Assembly: GCA_017524965.1 (NCBI GenBank)
Contig: JAFXUM010000220.1
Span: forward strand, 1-46,634
Origin: Lentisphaeria bacterium
GTDB taxonomy: Bacteria > Verrucomicrobiota > Lentisphaeria > Victivallales > UBA1829
Length of the DNA stretch: 46,634 bases
Direction of reading: 5' to 3'
Positions 40,126-46,634 of this stretch are shown in pieces. Position numbers and translations under genes: made by a program. The notes under the pieces were generated by a model. That model did not search any database and had not been told where the DNA came from. It worked only from the letters and a program-made list of their open reading frames with translations. Numbering within the stretch: position 1 is the first letter of the stretch; every line of letters begins with the position of its first letter.

Positions 40126-41001
40126 TCAGGCGTTGACTTCTTCCTTCAGCGCGATCACGACGGAACGCTTTTCGCCGTCGCCGATGCTGTTGGTGGTCAG
40201 GGCGTCATCGCCTTCGAGCGTGATGTGAATGATCCTGCGGTCATGGGAATTCATCGGAGGCAGGGTCTTCGGGGATCCCCACTGGTGGACTTCCTTTGCG
40301 GCGTCGAGCGCCTGCTGACGGAGGACGTCATCGTGGGAGAAGGACGATCTGCGGCCGCCGTCGAAACGTTCGCCGCGGTCGCCGCGGTCGCGGAACTCCC
40401 TGCGGGGACGCTCGGAGCGTTCTCCGCGACGTTCGCCGCGCTCGGGACGTTCGGCACGTTCGCCGTTTTCGGAACGCTCGGCGCGCTCGATGCGGCGCTC
40501 GGTGCGGCGTTCACGGGGACCTTCCATGTCGATATAGAGTTTCGGGAACTCGGAATCGGTCTTCTGCATGATGCGGTTCACGATGAGCTGGAGATTCTCC
40601 AGCGTCTTGCCGTGGTGGCCGATCACGCGGCCGGCTTCCTCGGTGGAGACATAGAGGTTCACGGAGCGGGGCTTGTTTTCCACGCGGATGTTGGCGTCGA
40701 TGCCGAGGAAATCGAACATGTGGGCGAGGACGCTTCTGGCTTCCTCCATGGATTCCTGGGACGCGGGCTTGACCGGCGGCGGATTCCGGCGGGGACGTTC
40801 GTCGCGGGTCTTCGCCGGGGCTTCCGCACCGGCTTCGGGGTTCTTTTCGTTTTCATCGAATCCGCCGTCATTCGTTCCGGTGGAGGCGTCGTCCATGGGG
40901 ACGGCCTTGATCTCATCGGTCGCAGCGGTTTCCGTCGCGGTTTCCGCTGCCGCATTTTCCATGGCCTGGTTGTCGGCCGCGGCTGTTTCTTCGAGGTCCA
41001 T
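40126..41001 (-). CDS. jag: Jag/KhpB-like RNA-binding protein (KH plus R3H domains) with a long Arg/Glu-rich linker
   Basis: 291 aa. The KH domain is VSTEEAGRVIGHHGKTLENLQLIVNRI. The R3H domain is PPMNSHDRRIIHITLEGDD. It occupies the conserved position downstream of yidC. Confidence 0.88.
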   Translation of the reverse strand: MDLEETAAADNQAMENAAAETATETAATDEIKAVPMDDASTGTNDGGFDENEKNPEAGAEAPAKTRDERPRRNPPPVKPASQESMEEARSVLAHMFDFLGIDANIRVENKPRSVNLYVSTEEAGRVIGHHGKTLENLQLIVNRIMQKTDSEFPKLYIDMEGPRERRTERRIERAERSENGERAERPERGERRGERSERPRREFRDRGDRGERFDGGRRSSFSHDDVLRQQALDAAKEVHQWGSPKTLPPMNSHDRRIIHITLEGDDALTTNSIGDGEKRSVVIALKEEVNA

Positions 41002-41026
41002 TGTATTCTCCGGGGTTTGGGCTGAT

Positions 41027-42853
41027 CTATGCCTTCTGCGGTTTGCTGGCCTGACGCGCTTCGTCCCGCTTCGCGGCGAACTGCCCGTATTTCATTTGAA
41101 GGATGCTGAATATCTGACTGACCGTCCAGTAAAGCGTCAGGCCGGACGGGAGGTTGTAGAACATGAACAGCATGATGACCGGCATGAGCATCATCATCTT
41201 CTGCTGCGCGGAATCGCCCGTGGTGGGCGTCATCTTCTGCTGAAGCACCATGAGCGCCGTCATGGCGATCACGAGCGGATGGAATCCGACCTGGCCGATG
41301 AAGGGCAGCGCGAAGGGAAGCGTCGGGCCGACGAGGTCGGGACGCGAGAGGTCGGTGCACCAGAGGAACGGCACGTTGCGAAGTTCGACGGCGGAATCCA
41401 GCGCGGAGTACAGCGCGATGAAGACGGGGATCTGAAGCAGGACGGGGAGGCAGCCGCCGAGGGGATTGACCTTTTCCGTACGGTACAGCTCCATCATCTT
41501 CTGGTTCAGCTCGGCTTTCTTGCGCGCGGTGTCGTCCTGGGTGTCCATCGGGGACTCTTTGTACTTCTCCTGAAGCTCCTTGATCTTCGGCTGGAGCTTC
41601 TGCATGCGGCGCATGGAGCTGTTGGCCTTCTGCGTGACCGGCCAGAAGAGGATGCGGACGATGAGCGTGAGCAGGATGATCGCGATGCCGTAGGAGCCGC
41701 AGAGGCCCTTCAGCCAGTTCAGCAGCATCACCATCGGACGCGCGATGAACTCGAACCACGAGTAGTAGGAAATGTGCATCACGCCCATCACGGAGGACCC
41801 GAGCGCGCGGATGCGGGCCATTTCCTTCGGGCCGCAGTAGGTCTTCAGGAGATATTTCACGGGCTCCGCGCCGGGCGCGAACGTGACGGCGCCGAAATCG
41901 CCCGTCATGGACGGTACGGCGTAAAGGTCCTTTTCGCTGGTGCTGCCGGCGGGGAAGTTCCAGACGCGTTCGCCGAACGCGGACGCGAACGGTTTCGCGT
42001 CGTCGGCGAAGAGAAGCGAGGCGAAATACTTATTGGAGGATCCGATCCAGGCGACCGGGACGTTGCAGGTCGTCCTTTTGTCGAATTTCTCCTGGGATTT
42101 GACCTGCGGATCGGCGGAGTCGCACATGCCGCTGCCGACCTTGCAGAAGTCGACGTTCAGGCGTTCGCTGTAGACCTTGTCTCCGGTGAGGTCCTTGACC
42201 TGCGGCAGGCCCGCGAGGCGGACGCCGAGGCCATCGACCGTGACCGCGGCGGACGTGGGATTGGTCCACGCGTACTCGCAGACGACCATATAATTGTCTT
42301 CCGGCAGGGCAAACGTCTGAGTCAGCTTCAGCCCGTTCGCAAACGTGCGGACGACCTCCGCGGAGAGCGGGCCCTTTTCGACGACGTCGAGGGAAACGGG
42401 GACCAGACCGGGAGCGGATTTGAGTTCGAACGTGCGGTACGCGCCGTCGCGGAACAGCTCGATGGCTTCGCCGGAATCTTTGAGTTTGTAACGGGGATCC
42501 AGCAGCTTGGCGCTGGAGAGCGAGCCGGTCAGACCGTCGACCGTCACGCGGAACAGCTTGTTTTCAAGCGTGAATGTCTTCGTTTCCTTCAGCGCGGAAA
42601 CGGTTTCCGCGGCGGTTTCCGGCGCGGCCTGTCCGGCGTTTGCGTCCGTGACGGCCGGCTGGACAGTAGCGGAAGTAGCGCCCGGCGTATTCGTCTGCTG
42701 CGCCGGTGCGTTCTGCTGCGTGGTCTCCAGCATCTTCTGGTATTCCGCGGCGCGCTTCGCCTGATATTTCGGCATGTAGATCAGCCAGCCGCCCATGAGC
42801 AGGCAGCCGACCAGAACGATGAGGGCAGTGTCTTTGTCGAATTTGAAGTTCAC
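41027..42853 (-). CDS. yidC: Membrane protein insertase YidC (long Gram-negative form with a periplasmic P1 domain)
   Basis: 608 aa with a GTG start. GIAIILLTLIVRILFWPVTQK...MRRMQKLQPKIKELQEKYK...GCLPVLLQIPVFIALY. Confidence 0.95.
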   Translation of the reverse strand: MNFKFDKDTALIVLVGCLLMGGWLIYMPKYQAKRAAEYQKMLETTQQNAPAQQTNTPGATSATVQPAVTDANAGQAAPETAAETVSALKETKTFTLENKLFRVTVDGLTGSLSSAKLLDPRYKLKDSGEAIELFRDGAYRTFELKSAPGLVPVSLDVVEKGPLSAEVVRTFANGLKLTQTFALPEDNYMVVCEYAWTNPTSAAVTVDGLGVRLAGLPQVKDLTGDKVYSERLNVDFCKVGSGMCDSADPQVKSQEKFDKRTTCNVPVAWIGSSNKYFASLLFADDAKPFASAFGERVWNFPAGSTSEKDLYAVPSMTGDFGAVTFAPGAEPVKYLLKTYCGPKEMARIRALGSSVMGVMHISYYSWFEFIARPMVMLLNWLKGLCGSYGIAIILLTLIVRILFWPVTQKANSSMRRMQKLQPKIKELQEKYKESPMDTQDDTARKKAELNQKMMELYRTEKVNPLGGCLPVLLQIPVFIALYSALDSAVELRNVPFLWCTDLSRPDLVGPTLPFALPFIGQVGFHPLVIAMTALMVLQQKMTPTTGDSAQQKMMMLMPVIMLFMFYNLPSGLTLYWTVSQIFSILQMKYGQFAAKRDEARQASKPQKA

Positions 42854-42856
42854 TCG

Positions 42857-43075
42857 TTATTCCTTCCCGGAACGTTTCGGAGGGACGGGGTCATAACCGC
42901 CCCGGCACCAGGGATTGCATCTGAGGATCCGCCAGGATCCCAGCATCAGGCCGCGCAGGACTCCGTGGACCCGGACGGCTTCGATCATATACTGGGAGCA
43001 GGACGGCGTGAAACGGCAGCACGGCGGCAACAGCGGGGAAATCCAGCGTTGATACAGGCGGACGGGGAAGATCAC
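42857..43075 (-). CDS. yidD: Membrane protein insertion efficiency factor YidD
   Basis: The GTG at 43075 overlaps the rnpA stop (GTGA) and gives 72 aa: (M)[35 protein letters not shown]...G..L...RI.RCNPW. The longer track ORF (to 43234) overlaps rnpA and was rejected. Confidence 0.88.
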   Translation of the reverse strand: MIFPVRLYQRWISPLLPPCCRFTPSCSQYMIEAVRVHGVLRGLMLGSWRILRCNPWCRGGYDPVPPKRSGKE

Positions 43076-43476
43076 GAGCTCGCGGACGAAGTGTCCGCTG
43101 TCTGTTTTTCCCGGATCAGTCCGGCTTTTTTCAGCGTCCGGAGCAGATGCGCCTGCACTTCCTGCTGTTTTGCACCGAAGATGCTCCGGCGCGGGATGAT
43201 CAGGATGCCGCATGGCAGGATCTCCTCCTTGCACAGCCGGAACGTTTCGGAGATCAGACGCCTCGCGCGGTTCCGCACGACGGCCGAATGATGCAGTTTG
43301 CGGCTGCAGATGACGCCGTACCGGGTGATCTGAACCGGATCGTCCGGTTCCGCCGCCCGCACCAGGACCGTAAAGAACGGATCCCGGCAGGCTTTCCCGT
43401 GTTCCTTGAGCGCATCGAAGTCCTTTCGGGTGCGGAGCTTTTCCTGCTTCCTCAGGCTGCTGCGCCCAATTTCCAC
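43072..43476 (-). CDS. rnpA: Ribonuclease P protein component
   Basis: 134 aa with a GTG start 14 nt after the rpmH stop. [17 protein letters not shown]...[26 protein letters not shown]. Confidence 0.88.
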   Translation of the reverse strand: MEIGRSSLRKQEKLRTRKDFDALKEHGKACRDPFFTVLVRAAEPDDPVQITRYGVICSRKLHHSAVVRNRARRLISETFRLCKEEILPCGILIIPRRSIFGAKQQEVQAHLLRTLKKAGLIREKQTADTSSASS

Positions 43477-43490
43477 GGCGTGTTCCTTTC

Positions 43491-43628
43491 TCAGATGACG
43501 GTCAGGCGTTTACGCCCTTTCGCTCTTCTTCTGGCAAGGACCTGGCGGCCGCCCTTGGTGGCCATTCTGGCACGGAATCCATATTTGCGGGCGCGTTTGA
43601 TGACGGAGGGCTGATACGTTCTTTTCAT
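43491..43628 (-). CDS. rpmH: 50S ribosomal protein L34
   Basis: My own translation is [45 protein letters not shown] (45 aa). It is below the ORF-track length cutoff. Confidence 0.97.
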   Translation of the reverse strand: MKRTYQPSVIKRARKYGFRARMATKGGRQVLARRRAKGRKRLTVI

Positions 43629-43732
43629 AGTTTCACCTTGTTCCCGGAGCTGCAAAAGGCGCTCCGGCTGTTCCTCTTACGGGGTTGCGGCTTGTTGTTT
43701 GTCAGTCATTTTGTATTAAGACGTAATCATTT

Positions 43733-43761
43733 AATATAGCATGCTCCCGGCACTATTTCAA
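43733..43761 (-). promoter_or_regulatory. Sigma70-type promoter TTGAAA-N17-TATATT for the rpmH operon
   Basis: On the minus strand the -35 is at 43756-43761 and the -10 at 43733-43738. It implies a leader of roughly 100 nt containing the hairpin ccggagc-N10-gctccgg (43644-43667). Confidence 0.6.
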
Positions 43762-43827
43762 CCCGGCTGAACGTTTTTTTGCTTTTTTTTCCGCTTTCTT
43801 CCGGTTTTCGGCTTTTCCCCGGTTGTT

Positions 43828-43855
43828 TTGACGGAAAAAGGTGCTATAGTATAAT
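43828..43855 (+). promoter_or_regulatory. Sigma70-type promoter TTGACG-N16-TATAAT for the 43988 lipoprotein gene
   Basis: Hexamers at 43828-43833 and 43850-43855. It is divergent from the rpmH promoter, with a T-tract block between them. Confidence 0.6.
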
Positions 43856-43987
43856 CGTTATGGATCTGCCGGACGCACGCATGCCCGGCGGATACCCACG
43901 CTAAAAAAACTCCTGCACATTATCCATCTACTCATCATCCATATCAACAACACAGGGACGCCGGCAGGCGTTCCGGAAAGACCAGGT

Positions 43988-44617
43988 ATGAAACACTTGT
44001 TCCTTCTTTTCGCGGCGGCCGCGGCTCTCGTCTGCACGGCCTGCTCCACTCCCGGCGTCACCAATACGGCGCGCAACTCCGTGGAAGAAATGCTCCTCAG
44101 CTCCGTCATCGAGCGCGGCATCTCCTCCATCGACTTCGAGGCCTATGCCGGCAAAAAGGTCAACATGGACTACTCGAACCTCGCGCCGCAGGTCGACAAG
44201 GAATTCCTCATGGCCTACATCGAGCTGCATCTCGCCCGCTACGGCATCACCGTGGTGAAGGATGCCGCCGACGCCGACTACGTCTTCAAGGCCGCCAGCA
44301 GCGTGCTCGCCACCGATATGGACAGATTCCTCCTGGGCATCCCGTCCCTCCCGATCCCGATCCCGTGGGCCAACCTCTCCATCGTGATCCCCGAGATCCC
44401 GATCTTCAGCCGTCTCCACCGTACCGCCTGGGGCCGCTTCTTCTTCAATATCGTCGACGCCAAGACCAACGAACCGGTCCAGATCGTCGACGGCGCGAAG
44501 TCGGAAGCGTACTTCAACAACTGGGTCGTCTGCTTCTTCCCGTTCAAGACCCACAGACTCCCGATCGGCGACGACAATCCGGGCGAGCTCCACTTCCTCT
44601 GGTTCTGGAACGACTGA
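43988..44617 (+). CDS. Lipoprotein of unknown function (209 aa)
   Basis: The signal plus lipobox is MKHLFLLFAAAAALVCTAC. No family was recognised with confidence. A strong terminator follows. Confidence 0.75.
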   Translation: MKHLFLLFAAAAALVCTACSTPGVTNTARNSVEEMLLSSVIERGISSIDFEAYAGKKVNMDYSNLAPQVDKEFLMAYIELHLARYGITVVKDAADADYVFKAASSVLATDMDRFLLGIPSLPIPIPWANLSIVIPEIPIFSRLHRTAWGRFFFNIVDAKTNEPVQIVDGAKSEAYFNNWVVCFFPFKTHRLPIGDDNPGELHFLWFWND

Positions 44618-44644
44618 TCCCCGCCTGACCTGATTCGCTCTTTC

Positions 44645-44681
44645 GCGTCCGGCTCCCCTTCTTCGGGCCGGACGCTTTTTT
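44645..44681 (+). terminator. Rho-independent terminator
   Basis: Stem gcgtccggc / gccggacgc (9 bp, 13-nt loop) followed by a T6 run. Confidence 0.85.
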
Positions 44682-44747
44682 GTCGCCGCCTGCCCGGCGG
44701 ACCGCCCTGTTTTATTAGAGTTTTTTTATATCGGAAAACCATGATGC

Positions 44748-44776
44748 TTGAAATTTGAAAAAAGACGGTGTATAAT
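44748..44776 (+). promoter_or_regulatory. Sigma70-type promoter TTGAAA-N17-TATAAT
   Basis: Hexamers at 44748-44753 and 44771-44776, about 50 nt upstream of the ATG at 44832. Confidence 0.65.
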
Positions 44777-44831
44777 AAGGGCGAGTCTTTCTTATCTCCG
44801 CAATTTTCACCTCGAAAAGGAGTCCCCGGTC

Positions 44832-46634
44832 ATGAAAAAACCGTTATTCCGCCTCCCCTGCGCCGCCATCCTCTGCATCGTCCTCGCCGCCGCGTTCGCG
44901 CCCGCCGCGCTGTTCGGGCAGTCCGCATCCGAAAAGAACGGAAAGGACGCCGACAAAAAGGAGCCCGACAACGCCCCGATCGTGAAGGTCTCGCTCTACA
45001 AGAACGGCTTCTGCTTCGTAACGCGCGAGATCGCCCCGCTCAGCGAGTCCGAGCCGCATAATGCTCGCATAATCACCCTGACCCGAAACATCGCCCCCCG
45101 CCACGGCACGCTGTGGTTCGACCCGCCGACGGTGAGGCTCCGCCGCACCACGATCGAAAAGATGGTCACGCCGGAACCCGCGCCCGCCGCGAAGAAGAAC
45201 GATGCGCCGGGCTACCGTCCCGACTGGAACACCATGACCGACGTCTTCGAGTGGCAGCAGGTCACGGTGCGGACCAAGGACGGCACGAAGATATCAGGCC
45301 GCGTGGTCGGCAACCAGAAGCCTCTGCCGCAGGAACAGCCGCAGGAAACGCCCGCCTACGAGCTCATGGATGAGCTGTCGGCGTACCGGTCCTCCGCCAT
45401 GCCCCTCCGCATCAGTTCTTCCTCCTCCGTGAAGGCGCGCTCCCCGTTCGGCGCGAGCTTCCTCACGCTCGAAACCGAAGACGGGAGTTTCATCGCTATC
45501 CGGCAGGCCGACGTGGTGGAGATCAACGCGAAGAGCCTGTACGAAGGCGACGACGTCCAGCCGCCGCCGGAACCGAAGAAGATCAAACAGACCGAGGAAA
45601 TCCAGATCGTCAGCATCCCGTACAGCGTAATAGGCCCCGTCCACATGCGTTATCTGACCGAGGGGATCACTTGGTCGCCGTTCTACCGGCTCGAACTCAA
45701 TCACCGTCTGTCGGACACGATCGATTATGATGAGGACAAAGTTCCGGACTCCGGGAAGAAATACGACGGCATCGTCACGGTCCATGCCGCGGCGACGGTC
45801 ATGAACAACTACTGCGATTTCGAGAACGCCGAAGTCGAGTTCATCTCCGGGTTCCCGAGCCTCGATTTCGCGTCCGTCGTTTCCGCCGTCGCGAAAAAGC
45901 TCCCCATGAGCACGTTCCTCCAGTCGCTCGCCAACCCCGCGGCGGGCACCCCGGACTACATCCAGCGCGCCTCCTCCGGCATCCTGAGCCAGAGCGTCAT
46001 GAGCAACAGCGTGATGAGCAACATGCGGCCGGTCGTCCAGATCGACAAGGACGACGAGCCGGACGCGCCGCCGTCCAGGTGGTCATCCTCCGGCATGGAG
46101 GACATCCAGTACAAATCCGTCGGGAAACTCACGATGAAGAAGGGCGACGTGCTGTACCTCCCGATCGCGTCGCAAATGACGGATTTCGAATACGTCACGA
46201 CCTGGTCGGCTCCGCTTCAGGGCGAATTCGCGTTCGGGGAACAGACGCCCGACACGAACGTCTGGAGCACCGTCCGCTTCCGCAATCCGTTCGATTTCGC
46301 CCTCACCACCGCCCCCTACGAGATCGAGACCGGGGACTTCGTCCGCGAATTGACGAGGCGGTCGGACGGAACCATCGAATTGTTCCGTCCGGATACGAAT
46401 ATCCAAACACGCAGAGAAATCCTCGGCCAGAGCACCGGCTCCTGGTTCGGAGCTGGCGAACTCGCCTCCGTGAAGATCACGCATGCGCTGGGTGTCTCCT
46501 GCACCATGTCCCACTTCGAGAGCGGCAACCGCGACCGCGTCTTCCGCGTGCCGAGAACGGAAGGGCTCCCCGAACTGCGCTACCGTTACCCGGACGTCAC
46601 GGTCGAGCTCGCCCTCGTGAACCGCACGGGCAAG
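44832..46634 (+). CDS. Secreted protein, DUF4139/DUF4140-like (tentative); the 3' end is outside the window
   Basis: SD aaaaggag. The ATG at 44832 opens a frame that I translated without stops to the window end (601 codons). The signal peptide is MKKPLFRLPCAAILCIVLAAAFAPAALFG. It is not in the ORF track because there is no stop in the window. The family call comes from general pattern memory only. Confidence 0.75.
   Translation, partial: MKKPLFRLPCAAILCIVLAAAFAPAALFGQSASEKNGKDADKKEPDNAPIVKVSLYKNGFCFVTREIAPLSESEPHNARIITLTRNIAPRHGTLWFDPPTVRLRRTTIEKMVTPEPAPAAKKNDAPGYRPDWNTMTDVFEWQQVTVRTKDGTKISGRVVGNQKPLPQEQPQETPAYELMDELSAYRSSAMPLRISSSSSVKARSPFGASFLTLETEDGSFIAIRQADVVEINAKSLYEGDDVQPPPEPKKIKQTEEIQIVSIPYSVIGPVHMRYLTEGITWSPFYRLELNHRLSDTIDYDEDKVPDSGKKYDGIVTVHAAATVMNNYCDFENAEVEFISGFPSLDFASVVSAVAKKLPMSTFLQSLANPAAGTPDYIQRASSGILSQSVMSNSVMSNMRPVVQIDKDDEPDAPPSRWSSSGMEDIQYKSVGKLTMKKGDVLYLPIASQMTDFEYVTTWSAPLQGEFAFGEQTPDTNVWSTVRFRNPFDFALTTAPYEIETGDFVRELTRRSDGTIELFRPDTNIQTRREILGQSTGSWFGAGELASVKITHALGVSCTMSHFESGNRDRVFRVPRTEGLPELRYRYPDVTVELALVNRTGK

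Noticed and set aside
40673-43291. 872-aa plus-strand ORF
   Set aside because: Antisense to jag, yidC, yidD and rnpA, all of which are clearly identified on the minus strand.
43629-43987. Chromosomal origin (oriC) next to rpmH
   Set aside because: dnaA is not adjacent. Only one imperfect DnaA-box-like 9-mer was seen, and the AT-rich part is explained by two divergent promoters and T-tracts. This cannot be decided without whole-genome GC skew.

Overview
High-GC bacterial chromosomal window. A hand count of 4021-4080 gives 37/60 G+C. It is densely packed with housekeeping genes on both strands. The content (LpxB, MsbA-like, BamE-like, YidC; an ECF sigma factor paired with a Ser/Thr kinase; ankyrin and TPR lipoproteins) suggests a Gram-negative organism, possibly from the PVC group, but this is a weak inference.

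Recognisable genes: an acyl-CoA synthetase 3' end, 5'-nucleotidase, nnr, a GT-C-like membrane protein, rlmN (fused to an ankyrin module), recO, ECF sigma plus STK, lpxB, ffh, an rluD-like gene, a bamE-like gene, an HPr-like gene with trkA-trkH, a receiver-only response regulator, a TPR lipoprotein, dnaG, copA, a CPA2/RCK antiporter, an msbA-like ABC exporter, a frameshifted pgi, manA-manC-rfbD-rfbC plus an SDR::cytidylyltransferase fusion, and the rpmH-rnpA-yidD-yidC-jag operon. I saw no rRNA, tRNA, CRISPR array, transposase or integrase.

The most unusual region is the left ~3.9 kb. It is sharply AT-rich (16/60 G+C in 2941-3000). A perfect 43-bp direct repeat, itself a complete terminator hairpin, brackets a 2.5-kb cassette. 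The cassette holds a long structured non-coding leader, two mini-proteins (a tail-anchored peptide and a 4xCxxC zinc ribbon that is absent from the ORF track), a DUF2971-like protein and a novel six-fold 'YPNGNGNGIP' repeat protein. A convergent AT-rich membrane-anchored gene follows. This is my best candidate for an undescribed accessory, possibly defence or toxin-like, module.

Other points:
- an RlmN::lipoprotein-signal::ankyrin fusion
- a secreted FG/RGG-type low-complexity protein next to an ECF-STK pair whose sensor tail has similar composition
- a 19-21-nt phased A-tract motif recurring in three intergenic regions
- a very uniform TTGAnA-N16/17-TATAnT promoter architecture
- a 1-nt frameshift in pgi

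Many long ORFs in the track are antisense artefacts of the high GC content and were rejected.
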